A stretch of DNA of 64,000 bases. Origin: Mytilus californianus (Eukaryota). A program made the translations under genes and the position numbers. How positions within the stretch are numbered: position 1 is the first letter of the stretch; the number at the start of each line of letters is the position of its first letter. Positions 24,900-37,648 of the stretch are shown piece after piece. The stretch is taken from NCBI RefSeq assembly GCF_021869535.1, contig NW_026262701.1:37262001-37326000 (forward strand), given 5' to 3'. Below the pieces are notes generated by a model, which had not been told where the DNA came from, ran no database searches, and saw nothing but the letters and a program-made list of their open reading frames with translations.

Positions 24900-25184
24900 C
24901 AAATAATTTAAAGTAAAATACGTCATCAGCAGTCCGAGGAAAGCATGCCTTTTTTGCAACGCGCCAACCTATTTATATCGGCTTGGTGTGGAGCTTTAGT
25001 TTTAATAACTTAACAGGATAATAGGTTTAAATTATGAAATCAATGAAGTTCCTTGTACTCTAGACATTTATCTATTTAAATCCTCGTCGTGACACGCCAC
25101 GCTTTCAAAGTTTTCTTTAAACGGAATGAAGACTTGCAAGTCTGATTGTAATCATTACTGAAAGTAAATATTAAACTATTCAGA

Positions 25185-25975
25185 TACGAAGTCCATTTAG
25201 GACCTCCAGAAAATATAATTTGAATTCGATATCACGAATTTAAATTGTCATCACGGATTCTAGAATTCGTTATCACAGATTAAATTCGTTATCACGAATT
25301 TATAGAATTAGTTATAACAGTTTTTTTTTTATTCGTAATAACGGATTGAATTCGTTATCACATTTTTTTGTAAGTCGTGATTACGGATTAAAAACGTGAT
25401 AACGAACTTTATAATTCGTTATTACGGATTAAAATCGTTCTCACGAATTTGTGTGATTTTTTATCACAGTTTTTTTTGTAATTCGTGATTACTGATTAAA
25501 TTCGTTATCACAGAATATTGTAATTCGTGATAACGGTTTAAAATCGTTAAATCAAAAAGTATAATTTGTGATAACGGATTAAATTCATTATAACTATTTC
25601 TACGAATTTGTGATAACGAATTTAATCTGTTATAACTATTTATGAAATTCATTATAACGATTTTAATCCGTTATAACGAATAATTAAAAAAAAATGATAA
25701 CACATTCTACAAATTCGTGATAACGAATTCAATCCGTTATAACGATTTATACAATTCGTTATCACGATTTTAATCCGTTATCTCGAATTACCAAAAATTG
25801 TGAAAACGAATTTAATTCGTTATTACGAATTACAAAAACTGTTATAACTTATTCAGGAAATTCGTTATCACGAATTTAATTTGTCATAACGAATTCTTCA
25901 ATTCTTGATAACGATTTAAATTCGTGATTTCGAATTCAAATATATATTTTAGGAGGTCCTAAATGGGCTTCCGTA
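25185..25975. mobile_element. Foldback element with ~55-bp TIRs and ttcgttatcacgaatt subrepeats, copy 1
   Basis: tacgaagtccatttaggacctcc... / ...ggaggtcctaaatgggcttccgta. Absent from duplicate copy B at ~29995. Confidence 0.85.
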
Positions 25976-26086
25976 GTACGATACAGATATTACCGTGTTT
26001 AGTTAGTTAAAACAATTTTATAACTACAGTAATTTTGCAAATATATAAAACATATTCTCTAATTCTTTGGCATGTTAACCGTTTCA

Positions 26087-26697
26087 AAGTCCATTTAGGA
26101 CTATTTTTTGTTATTCGTGATATCGGATTAATATCGTAAAATAGAATTTTATAAATCGTGATAACGAATTTTTATAAATCGTTATAACGGACTGAATTCG
26201 TTATCACGAATTCAAAGAAATAGTTATTTCAATTTGTTTGCAATTCGTGATAACGGATCAAAATAGTAAAAATTAATTTTATGAATAGTTATCACGAATT
26301 CGTAGATATAGTTATCCCGAATTTAATCCGTTATCACGAATAATACAATTTGTTATAACGATTTTAAACCGTCATTACGAATAACAAAAATCTGTGATTA
26401 CGAATTTAATTTGTAATCACGAATTACAAAAAAAAACTGTGATAACAAATTGCACACATTCTTGAGAACGAATTTAATTCGTGATATTGAATTAATCAAT
26501 TCTTTATCACGTTTTTAATCCGTTATCACGAATTACATAAAATCGTGATAACGAATGTAATCTGATATTACGAATTACAAAAACCGTAATAACTAAGTCC
26601 ATAGATTCGTGATAACGAGTTCTACAATTCATGATACCGATTTTAATTTGTGATATCAGATTCAAATTATATGTTTTGGAGGTTCTACATGGGCTTC
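26087..26697. mobile_element. Same foldback family, copy 2 (inverted relative to copy 1)
   Basis: aagtccatttaggac ... ggaggttctacatgggcttc, with the same subrepeats. Confidence 0.8.
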
Positions 26698-26699
26698 AT

Positions 26700-26930
26700 T
26701 TTCGTTTATCAAAAATGAAATTTATTTTGATAATCATTAGAGAAATATATACTTACAGAGTTACTCGTGAATTATCGGATTTATCTAATCTCGATAGTTA
26801 AATTATCGAATTTATATAATCTCGATAGTTAAGTTATAGAATTTATCTAATCTCGATAGTTAAATTATCGAATTCTAATTATCTCAATTGGATAAATCCG
26901 AAAATCCTCTGGAACCAATGTAAGAATCCA
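26700..26930 (-). mobile_element. Palindromic repeat of the 52.2-53.0 kb family, with an internal ~30-bp x3 tandem
   Basis: Reverse complement of cacgagtaactatgtaagaatctgtttctctaatgatt. atctcgatagttaaattatcgaattt is repeated. Confidence 0.6.
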
Positions 26931-28057
26931 AAATTAATTAATGTTTTTTACTGAAGTTGTCATATCTAAATTGCATAATTACTTTTTGTCAGCATCTGAT
27001 ATTTTATTGTATTTTGTTTTTTCTCAAGTTACAGTTCCTTCAGAGTTCGATTTTTTCAGCTTGGGTTCGTGATCAATTTTTAGTGTTTTGCGGACTTGTT
27101 TTTTTGCTTGTTTTTTTTTTTCTTTACAAAGTTGTCTGTCTTTCTTTCGACCTATGGTTTTCGCCGCCCCATTGGTATCTTTTCCTCCCGTTTTACTTCT
27201 CTATCTTAACCAAAATTTTACCATTACACAAGTGTGTTTAAAAAGATACACATTTCTTTGTATGTAGCACCAGCTGAAACAAACAAAAGTGGAAAAATCA
27301 CACAAAAGAAACTTCCTGAGAACTGGATGGAGAAAAGGTAACAGAAAAAAAATAGTCACAAGAAAAGTCAAGATAAAGAGAAATCACTAAAAAGCAAACG
27401 CAATTCTAGTAATATACATTTAAATAATATTTGATAAGTAAACACGTTCATATGTAAATGATTACATGTTCTCACTAATTTGTAAGGTTTTTTTGTATTT
27501 TTTTGTATTTTTTTTCATATGTTTAGACAGGGTTGACATATAGTCCTGTCAGCTATATTAGCCACAACAATGTTTATAATTTAAATGTCAACTTAATGTA
27601 ATTTTGCCAATATATAAAACATACTTCATTTTTCACGGACGCGCTCGTTTTAACCTACATAATGACTGTTTGTCAGAAATAGACATGCAGATGCGTATTG
27701 TCTACCTTGCATTATTTTTTATTGTTATAATTGTATAAAATTAGAAGCTTGCTTTACTGATTTGTTAAAACAAAATGTTAAACTTGCTACATATTAAAAC
27801 TAAAGAATTGTAAAAAATCGTATACATACAAAAACTTATTTCTTTCTATATACCACTTTTCAGGGTGTTCCACCTTAGCATGGTACAATTTCCCAAAAAT
27901 CCACCTATTTCCAACGACTATTTTTTCGAGCACGCCATTTTCGAAGGAACTTTAATATGATATAATGTGTTTCAATGAACATAATTATTAAAAAATTATG
28001 TCTGTTCAGGTTGAATAAAGACTTGAAGGAAAATACAATGTATTTTTAAAGAATTTT

Positions 28058-28284
28058 GATTTTGAAATTATTAAAAACTAAGGTTTCAACTCCCTCAGGC
28101 AAAGTTGATCTTAGATGGATTTGGCTATCTTTTAGGTCCTCTTTGGTAATATAGCTCTTCAGTTGTTTCGGTTCTTATACATCCTTGGCTTTCAAATATT
28201 CGGCTTTGAGCGTTCCTGCATGAAGGTAAATCCAGAATAGCGCTTCGGACGCATGACATTTATAACGTGTTGTTTTCATTTTTT
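28058..28284 (+). mobile_element. Family E element with decayed hammerhead (28210-28252); empty site present at ~31170
   Basis: gcgttc CTGCATGA aggtaaatcca GAAt agcgctt c ggacgc. Copy B reads tttttaaagaattttaagaacaag with no insert. Confidence 0.8.
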
Positions 28285-31200
28285 AAGAACAAGTTGTCTC
28301 GATTTTTGTACATTATAAATGTGCGGTCTACTCGGTATGTATTCGCATTATATGTTTATACCAGAAAAAGTTCCGTTTGAAGTTGTCTAGTAACTGAAAA
28401 TTCAAAAAAGTTAATCGTTGCTGCATATCAACCGATTTTGTTGACAATTTTTACTGAACCCCTCTTGACTAGTTAACTACCGGGAATTTGCGTATTCCAA
28501 TTTCTTTTTAATAGCTAAACACGCCTAGTACATGCGTAACCCGTCTCCACATAAGGGGTTAAATTGAAAGTTACATGAATACGTATTCCAGTGATATATA
28601 CGGTCAGTAGAAAAAAATAAAGGTTAGTATGAGAGGAAGTATGTTCACATAGCAACATTTCAAATAAATTGTATATAAAACTTCTAACGTATGCTGTACT
28701 TATTTTGTGCTACATTAAGAAGGAAATGATTAGATAATATGGTAATGTAGTTTTTTAGGGTTTTTTTATCATTTCTTATTACCAGAAAGTTTTCGGCACT
28801 ATTGCTGTCATTTGGGAAGTCGCCATGTACCAATTGAAATTGACTTTATGAGAGGAGAACCTAATCAGCAACGGGACGCCTATATTGTATTCACACATAT
28901 AACCATAATTCCTGTTGTTGTATCTTAAGTGGACCAGTATATGCGTTATGGGGATCAGTAACCAGTCAGGAGGATATTGTTAACCCATTGTTGTATTTGT
29001 ACACATCCATTTTCATGATTGGTTTTTGAAAATTTATGCTTTTAATAAGATCAATATCTATCTTGATCGTGGATTTAATATGTTTTCTTTTGTAAATTGT
29101 TTTATCGCCATGTTCACCTTATCTCATTGTATTTGGCTTTATACGGTTAGTACTTGTATGTTACAAGTATTCATTCAGTCCATTTGAGCTACTCAAATAC
29201 ATTAAGTCAGTTCCAAATGAAAATAATACTACTAGTGTTAACTTCATGCGTTAAAGCGGCATTAGCTGTCAAATTCATGTTCACCGATTGAACTCCTATT
29301 CTCATATTTGATTTATAACATATTAAAACGTATCCAAATTACAAAAAGTCTGAATAAACAATTAACAATGCATGAACTCGAATGATATATATACCAGCAT
29401 TTCGTGTGTATTTTAGTTAGATACCATCTAATTAACCATCGAGATGACCTCCGAAGACTTCTGGCGGTCATATAATCCTATATAAACATAAATAGAAATA
29501 GAAAGGGGGCACGAGAAATTTGAATTTTTTTTAGGTCTGTTTGGTTTCAAGTTATGGGTTAAAAAATATGTGAATGATCGTTTTTACCTTAAAAGAATGA
29601 TTTTTGTGGATCAAATCAGTCAAGCAAATGGTACACCCTTGTTTCACTTTCAATGTTGACATTATTTTCCTTTTAATTGCTAAACACGCCTAGTACATGC
29701 GTAACCTAAGGGATTAACTTGAAGGTTACATGAATACGGATTCAATGAGATTAAATTATGGACTTGCAGGTGACTAATACATTAGCAATTTGTTTTAGCT
29801 CATTTTGACAAATTCTGGCCAAAGGGATTGCTTATGACGAAATATCATTTCAAAATTCCACTATACATTAATCTATTTAAATCCTCAACGTAACACGCTT
29901 TCAATGTTTTTTTAAACGAAATAAAGACTTGTAAGTCTTGTAACATAAATCTGAGTGTAATCATTACTGAAATTAAATATTAAACTATTCAGATACAGAT
30001 ATTACATTGTTTAGTTGATTACAACAATTGTATAGCTACAGGAATTTGGCAAATATATAAAACCTATTAATTTATTGATTTTACCGAATTTGTCTTCTAA
30101 ACTGCATAATTACTTTTTGTCAGAATCTGATATTTTATTATATCTTGTTTTTCTCAATTAATAGTTCCTTCTGAGGTCGATCCTTTTTTTTTTTTTTTTT
30201 TTGCTTGGGTTCGTGATTAATCTTGTTTTTAGTGAAGTGTTTTGCGGACTTGTTTTTTTGTTTGTTTGGTTTTTTTTCTTTCCAATGCTGTTATCTGCTA
30301 TTTTCGAACTATGATTTTTCATCGCTTCATTAGTAGTTTCTCCCCCTTTTTTACTACTTTATCTCAACCCAAAATGTTACCATCACACAGGTGTGTTTCA
30401 AAAAGATAAACAGTTTTTTGTATGTAACTTCTGTGGAGCAAAAATGGAGAAATCAAATGAAAATAAGTCCTGAAAAAGTCACAGGGAAAAAGTCACAAAA
30501 AAAGTCAATAAGAAAAATCACCAAAAAAGGCAAACGCAATTCTAGTCATATACCATTAAATAGTATTTAATTTGTAAGCATGTTCATATGTAAATGAATA
30601 CATGTAAGGTTATTTTGGGGTTTTTTGTGTGTCATATGTTTTAGACAGTGTTGACATATTTTCATGTCAGTTATATTAACTACAACAATATTGATAGTTC
30701 GAATGTCAACTTAGTGTAATTTTGCCAATATTTAAAACATGCCAACATTTTTTTACGGATATGCTTTTTTAACCTACAGAATGATTTTTTATCAGAAATA
30801 AATATGCAGATGCGTATTGTCTACCTTGCATTATTTATTGTTATAATTGTATAAGATTAGAAGCTTGTTAAACTGATATTTTAAACAAATGTTTATCTTT
30901 GCTACATATTAAGATAAAAGAATAGTAAAAACTCGTATACAAACAAAAACTAAATTTCTTTCTATACACCGATTTCCAGGGTGTTCCACATAGTTCTTAG
31001 CTACTACAATTTCCCAAAATCCACCTATTTTCTATAGCTATTTTTTGCGCACTCCCTTTTCGCTGAAACTTTTAATATAAAATAATGTGTTGGTATGAAC
31101 GTAATGATTTAAAATGTATGTTTGTTAAGGTTAAAACCTTGACGGAAAATATTTACAAATTATTTTTAAAGAATTTTAAGAACAAGTTGTCTCGATATTT

Positions 31201-32550
31201 GTACATAAATGCGCGTTCTTCTCGGTGTATTCGCATTATATTTTTATACAAGAATAAGGTCCTCTTAAATTTGCCTAGTAACTGAAATCCAAAAAAAAGA
31301 TAATCGGTGCTAAAAATCATTGGATTTTGTCGAGAGGAATATATTCCCATAGCAACATTTCAAACCAATTCTATATAAAACGCCTAATGTATGCTGGCCT
31401 CAACGCATGCTACATTCAGAGTGAATTTATTAAATTAAATACTAACTAAGTTTTATTTGATTTTTTTCATTACTACTTTTTTACTCGAAAGTTCGTTCGT
31501 CCGAAGCGCTTTTCTAGATTTATTTTCATCGGGAACTTTCAAAACCATTCATTTTACAATCTAAATATAGTGCAATACTTTTAAAGCATTTGACCTAACA
31601 TCTTTCCCTTTTTCTAAACTTAAAGACTGATCGAAAGTACTATTCAAAGTTTGTTTCTTAAAAAAAGAATGACCAACATAAATACACATACACGTATCTT
31701 GTTTTAGGAAAAGATGAATAGGTTATTTTCAAAAGATCTCTAATAGTGATACAACTAAAGAAGCTTAATTTTTTAAATTGACAATATATTTGTTACGTTC
31801 AGAGGACGTGTTTTACAAAAAAACAAACGGAATTCCTTACTTTTCGCCTTTTCTTGTCGACTTGTTCTTTTTACAGTTTTGAAGGAGTTTTTCAAGAAGA
31901 CTGATCAGTGGCTAGTAGTGTCAAGTTTCACTATATACATATTGTTCTCTCACTGAAAACTGAACTTCAGAATTCTGTGTGCACTTATTATTGCGATTGT
32001 TGATCAAAAGACTAAAATGTAAGATAAATTATTGCTATTTTAGGAAATGCTTTACACAAATAACGCTATCAAAATTTAAAATGCGAGTTTTTATTTTTCG
32101 AAACCTATTCCGTCGGAATTTTTTGCAATAATAAAAACATCGCAAAAATTTCAGTAATGCCAGTAATTCAAAAATATAAATCAATATCAAAGCAGCGCCT
32201 GCATATGGAGAATAAATCTTTAAGTTAATACGATATTCCAGTACCTATAATGATTTCCTCGGTTTGCTGTTTACAAGAAAGCTATTGAACTTAGGCTTCC
32301 TAATAGTAAATTTGAAATTATCACTTCGAGCACTGTCATGATTCGGTTGACAGTTATGGAATATCTATGTCATAGATAACCATAGATATGTTCCAATTGT
32401 CGTAACCACAATGACGGGTGCTACTTGTAGATCATGATCCCCAGAGCATCTGACATCGTCCCCGGTGGCGGTGTGGTTTATATAGCTTAGTCTTCAGTTT
32501 TAGATTGTTAATATTCTTTTCGTCGTCATTTACTGTGGCGATGGTATTGC

Positions 32551-32880
32551 AAAAATTAAAATAACAAAAATACCGAACTCCAAGGAAAATTAAAAACGGA
32601 ATGTCCCTTATCAAATGACAAAATCAAAAGCTCAAACACATCAAACGAATGAAAAACAACTGTCATATTTCTGACTTGGTACAGGCATTTCCTTATGTAG
32701 AAAATGGTGGATTAAACCTGGTTTGATAGCTATCTAAACCTCTCACTTGTATAACAGTCGCATAGAATTCCATTATATTGACAACAATGTGTGCAAAACA
32801 AACAGACATTAATATGTAAAAATGTCAAAAATTTGGATACAGCGGTCAACATTGTACTATAATCTTAATCACTATAAACA
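32551..32880 (+). mobile_element. Dispersed repeat family B
   Basis: Highly similar to 61431-61800; a fragment lies at ~48320-48360. Confidence 0.75.
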
Positions 32881-33631
32881 AAATTGACTGTTTTTCTTTG
32901 ACTTATGGTCCTTAGTTATCCTTTTGCTACTTCTGTATTTTCTCTTTTTTTTATAAAAAGTGTCCACGTTAGCTGTGCTACAAATGTACATTTATTGCTT
33001 CTTTTGAACTTTGGTTACTTAATATATTTATATGCCAGGTCTTTGGCTTTAATCCTAGAATGAATAAACGTAATTTTGGACGAAAGAGTCATTTTAGATG
33101 CCTACCAAAACAATCTGCAATTGTTTATATCCATAAAAGTCTTCAAATAAGATACTATTGACAGTTAAGTTTCAGGGTAATAACGTTATTATTTTAGCCT
33201 AGTTCTGACAAAAATACACCATGGATGTCAAAATGGTGCGTGCTATTATTTTTTTCTTACTGTAAACTATTATACATATGGCCTCAAATGAGAAAAGTCT
33301 AGTTGGGAAATAGAGAGTGAAAAACCTAAGATTGGGATTTACTTTTAATATCTTTATTTTGGTATTACGAATCTCAATATTGTACAAATGCTCCAAATGA
33401 CCAGAGTAGACACATATATTCTTCCAATAGTTTCGCTAGTAGAGTAACCTATAGCTAATAAGGAATTCCAAATTGAACATTTTAAGTGCTGTGTTACTTT
33501 GAACAATAGAATGTCACACTTTACTACAATAGTACCATTAAGAAATGCAATAATTTATGAAGTGGAAGAAAAAATAATTAGAATTTGTAAATAAATAAAT
33601 ACTATTATGTTGTTGAAATTTAACAAGTAAA

Positions 33632-34768
33632 TCATTTGCCTAAAAACCTTCCCATGAATATAACAACACCACTTTTTCTATCTAGTATGTAATATAAAAA
33701 TGGTCGATCTCCAATGAATGTAGAGTAAGTGGTATTCGTTGTGACTTTTACAAAAGGTTGTATAATATTGCCTTTTAGTTTTACAACAACGTCATGAAAT
33801 GCATCCGACACATAAACTCTGCTGCTATCTTCCTTGATGAGATTTTTGAAATCTGCATGGGTCTTGTTAAAAATGTCAGTTATTCCTAGTGTCGGTAAAT
33901 ACCCCTTCAAATCCAACTTATTAGAAATAACAAACTTTGGAAGTGTAATGTCTATAGTTTTGTACACCAGAGTTGCGTTTAAGTATCTGATAATATTGAT
34001 GGAAAGCAGTTTTTCAAACGCTTGTAATTTGTTAATGTCTTCAGGTAAGATGATAACCATATCAAACTTGTCACCTTTCAATGGTAAAACTAAAACTTCT
34101 GATTCCTTTAGTTGTCCATATCTTACTTTTTGTATGCTCCTCATCATGTCTAAAGCTTTTTTTGTTGTTTTATTGACGTAAAAATCCCTCATTGTAGTAT
34201 GTAAATTGAATTTATGTTTCCAGTCTGCTTTAAATGAAACGGTGTTAACAAACACTGCAACTGTTCGTTCTTTTAACATTTCCCTTGATATCAAATTGTC
34301 AAAGTTCTTCATTGTTTTTTTCGAAATCCACCTATTTATAATCCGCGAGGATCTTTTCGGTTTTCTTATGAAATTTTTTCTGTAGAAATTTACCCTGAAA
34401 AATTCTTTCCCTTTTTCTTTAACTGTATCTTGGATTGTGTATCTATTATTTACGAACACCTCATTGTCCAGTTTAATACGCAGTCCTTTTCGTGGAGATG
34501 GAAGAATAGATGTAAGAACTGTATAAAAGAAATGGTCTTGATCACTTGTACTGCCTTTGAAAATAGCAGACGATATTTGAGATTTAGTTCGACCATTCGT
34601 ACCGAGCATCAACATCATTAACGCTGCTGAAATACTGAAAGGTGATAGCGTGGTGCTTGTATTCTGAATAATTTCGTTTCCGGTTGATGAAATTGATACA
34701 CTATTATCCAGTGATACATTTAATGGTTGCAGCTCTGTAAAAGTCACCCAGACCTCGGCGATTTCCAT
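33632..34768 (-). CDS. Serpin, predicted non-inhibitory (degenerate hinge, shortened reactive-centre loop)
   Basis: 378-aa intronless ORF with SPFSISAAL, VFVNTVSFKADWKHKF, ITLPKF and FIGDRPFLYYI...IFMGRF. The hinge position reads VKLKGNIIQPF instead of EVNEKGTEAAA. Confidence 0.9.
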   Translation of the reverse strand: MEIAEVWVTFTELQPLNVSLDNSVSISSTGNEIIQNTSTTLSPFSISAALMMLMLGTNGRTKSQISSAIFKGSTSDQDHFFYTVLTSILPSPRKGLRIKLDNEVFVNNRYTIQDTVKEKGKEFFRVNFYRKNFIRKPKRSSRIINRWISKKTMKNFDNLISREMLKERTVAVFVNTVSFKADWKHKFNLHTTMRDFYVNKTTKKALDMMRSIQKVRYGQLKESEVLVLPLKGDKFDMVIILPEDINKLQAFEKLLSINIIRYLNATLVYKTIDITLPKFVISNKLDLKGYLPTLGITDIFNKTHADFKNLIKEDSSRVYVSDAFHDVVVKLKGNIIQPFVKVTTNTTYSTFIGDRPFLYYILDRKSGVVIFMGRFLGK

Positions 34769-35395
34769 GATGTATCTGTATGAACCAGTACTTTAAAGTT
34801 CTCAAGATCATTTGAAATGGAAAGTTACTAAATGAAAACAGCTTATATAATGGAACGTAGCATTATATTAATGCAGTATTAGTTTACCGATGTTCAAATG
34901 CACCCTCTTTCATATTATGTCAGTTTAAAATTTCCATAAATAACACATTTGTTCTTTATCAAATTGCGTTTTTTAATCCTTACACTATAATAACTTTTGT
35001 AATATCCGCAATAATGGATTTGCAACACCGAATAAACTTAAACGTACAACATCACACCCACAGTATCTACTTAAGAAAACAACAGCTTGTACAGAAGTAC
35101 GCGCAAATATCCGTGTTTTAGGAGTCTCCGAAATGAACAAGTATATGAGTATACAGGTAAAAACTCATCGGGTAAGTAGTAATAAGTCTGCATGAAGATA
35201 TATGTGAATCTGCGACGAAATGAACTAGATGAATCTGGAGTATAAACCCTGTTGGTCGGACTTCATTTATACAGACACACCGAACATTAAACTAACTTGT
35301 AACCATGTGAAATCGTGTGGAAGGAAAATCAGAAAATGTAACAAGAAAATCAGATGACGTATATACTAATAACATTAACGGCACTAATTGTTCTT

Positions 35396-35438
35396 CACCA
35401 GATTCGCATTTCGACAATAAATGTCTCTTCAGTAATGC
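35396..35438 (-). ncRNA. Minimal hammerhead motif related to the array motif, between the two serpins
   Basis: GCATTA CTGAAGA GACA tttat TGTC GAA ATGCGAAT C TGGTG. Core and stem II are identical to array unit 1; helix III is one change from the palindrome ATGCGCAT. Confidence 0.65.
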
Positions 35439-36362
35439 TCGAGATCTAAATATTTTAAAATCCTAAGCCAGAGCACGTATATATTAAATCGCAGAACAGC
35501 GATGAGGTGCATAGTTTTCTCTTAGGACGCTTTTGGTGTTCAATGGGAATATATGTTTTATCAGTCTGGCTCCGAATGCATTGTGAAAAGCAGCATGTTA
35601 AAATGTGACAAACATGACATGCCAAGGAAAAAGGAATGAAATACAAAATTAGAAAGCATAAAAGTACGTAAATTCATGCATTGCTATCAGCCCTCTATGT
35701 CATTTAGTCTCTGCAATAGTTACTTCATTTAAAATCATTATTTTATCTATATAGGAATAATATTAATTAGAAATATCATTTCGATTTTCAAATTATCAAT
35801 ATTGAAAAAGAGTACTATAAAAATTACAGAAGAAATGGGAATTTATTGTAAAAGGAGTCTATTTAAGATATGATCGCATTTGTCATAGAAATTTTTTTGA
35901 ACAAGCATTATTTAAAAAACATCGCGTATATTTAAACTTTTAGAAACTGTTTATGTACAGACGTATAGATATGTGGCAGGTATAATCGTGTAGCCAATCA
36001 TAACCGCTTCCTTAAATATCGACCAATGAATACAAGGACGAAGTTTATGCACTCTTATGTACACTTTATGTGATGAATATATAACAACATAAAATTTTAT
36101 TTACATTTGTATCATAATTCTGTTTTTATTAACTAAATCAATTGTTGCTACTCTTCGCTCTGAGATAAATTAAGCTTACAAATAGAAAATCACAGAATCC
36201 GATTATAGGAAAAGTGTTTACTGGGGTATTTTTTTTTTATTATTGGGGCAAAACTCAATAAATGGTTTATTTTTTGTGATCTTACATGATAACTAACAGT
36301 TAAAAAAATGAAACGAAAATCTTTACATAACACAAGTATTGTTAGCTAATTAAATTTAGGTA

Positions 36363-36369
36363 TATAAAA
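36363..36369 (+). promoter_or_regulatory. Candidate TATA box of the plus-strand serpin
   Basis: TATAAAA ~150 nt upstream of ATG 36518. The sequence is AT-rich, so this is weak evidence. Confidence 0.25.
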
Positions 36370-36517
36370 ACAAGGATTAACAAGCCATGAAAAATGCATT
36401 TAACACCTTTTGGGACCTCTTAAAGATCAAATGGGATTAGGCAAAAAAAAAAATGTTTATTAACAATGAAAGCCTTTTAAGCATGTTTTTCTCTCTGTTT
36501 TCCTCGGTCGACACATA

Positions 36518-37648
36518 ATGTCAAATAGTATACCTTTTGAGAAAGAATTTTTGCATTTTTCGTCATCGGTGTATGATGTTATTGAGAAAACTGAAAGTAC
36601 CTGTGTCTCACCTTATAGTTTAATTTCTGCTCTACTTTTGTTGATGGTTGGAGCAAATGGAAGAACGAAAACACAAATATCTTCTGCAATTTTCAATGAT
36701 AGTAAACTTCCAGACAACAAAAAGTTCGAAAAGTACAGGGAACTAAGTGACCAATTAATTCATAATAAAGGAGATGAATTAGAATTTAAAGTGGCGAACA
36801 AAATGTTTGTAAACAAAAAGTTCACATTGAGAAAAAAAGTACAAAGGCAAGCTAAAGAATTCTTCTTATCGGATATCGGTTATAAAGACTTCACCAAGCC
36901 TAAACAGGCTGCTTCCTTTATGAACTCATACACTGCCAAGCATACAAATAATAAAATAAAGGACTTAATCTCTTGGAAATGGATAAATTCTATGACAGCA
37001 ATGGTTTTAGTGAATGCTGTGTATTTTAAAGGCGAATGGAAGACTAAATTCGACCCATCAAACACAAAAAAGGAAGATTTTTTCGTAAGTAAACAGAAAA
37101 CTGTGAAAGTAAATATGATGAACGTCAAGCAATCTGTTTTATACGTTTCACAAGATGATTTTTCTGCTATATCACTACCTTACAAGGGAGACAACTTTGA
37201 TATGGTATTCATTTTACCGAAAGAGAATGACGGCCTTCATCAAATTGAAGAAAAACTGTCTTCTGATTTGATTAAAAGCGTAAACTCAAATTTAAAGACT
37301 GCTATGATCCAAATCAGTGTACCTAAATTCGCATTCGAGTCTGAGTTTGACCTCAAGCTTGTTCTTCCCCAACTTGGTATAGAGGATATATTCAATCAAG
37401 CAAATGCAGATTTTTCAACACTTCTCCAAGAACAAACAGACAAAGTTTATGTGTCTCGCGCAATTCATAAGGTATTTATAGAAGTAAACGAGAAAGGAAC
37501 AGAAGCGGCTGCTGCTACTGCTATCGTAGCACAAGTTCGTAGTGCTAATATGCAACTAAATTTTGTCGCAAACCATCCTTTCTTATTTTATATTCGAAAT
37601 CTTAATACTGGTATGATCCTGTTCATCGGCCGCTACAGTCCGGTTTGA
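36518..37648 (+). CDS. Serpin, predicted inhibitory (leukocyte elastase inhibitor/clade B-like), P1-P1' Arg-Ser
   Basis: 376-aa intronless ORF with LVNAVYFKGEW, hinge EKGTEAAAAT, RCL AIVAQVR-SANM and signature FVANHPFLFYI. No N-terminal signal peptide. AATAAA at 37685-37690. Confidence 0.95.
   Translation: MSNSIPFEKEFLHFSSSVYDVIEKTESTCVSPYSLISALLLLMVGANGRTKTQISSAIFNDSKLPDNKKFEKYRELSDQLIHNKGDELEFKVANKMFVNKKFTLRKKVQRQAKEFFLSDIGYKDFTKPKQAASFMNSYTAKHTNNKIKDLISWKWINSMTAMVLVNAVYFKGEWKTKFDPSNTKKEDFFVSKQKTVKVNMMNVKQSVLYVSQDDFSAISLPYKGDNFDMVFILPKENDGLHQIEEKLSSDLIKSVNSNLKTAMIQISVPKFAFESEFDLKLVLPQLGIEDIFNQANADFSTLLQEQTDKVYVSRAIHKVFIEVNEKGTEAAAATAIVAQVRSANMQLNFVANHPFLFYIRNLNTGMILFIGRYSPV

Larger units (their letters stand above)
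25065..31490. repeat. Old tandem segmental duplication of non-coding DNA (copy A ~25065-28790, copy B ~29865-31490)
   Basis: Collinear similarity blocks, e.g. 25070-25185 vs 29870-29995, 26950-28055 vs 30080-31170, and 28285-28420 vs 31175-31320. Copy A carries additional insertions. Confidence 0.85.

Noticed and set aside
25185-26697. CRISPR-like or satellite interpretation of the regularly spaced ttcgttatcacgaatt motifs
   Set aside because: Eukaryotic context, irregular spacing, and the motifs lie inside TIR-bounded foldback elements.
35118-36481. Possible upstream mini-exon (MNKYMSIQVKTHR|gtaagt) adding an N-terminal extension to the plus-strand serpin
   Set aside because: Weak acceptor (ttttaag), only a short hydrophobic stretch would result, and the existing ATG already gives a full-length serpin.
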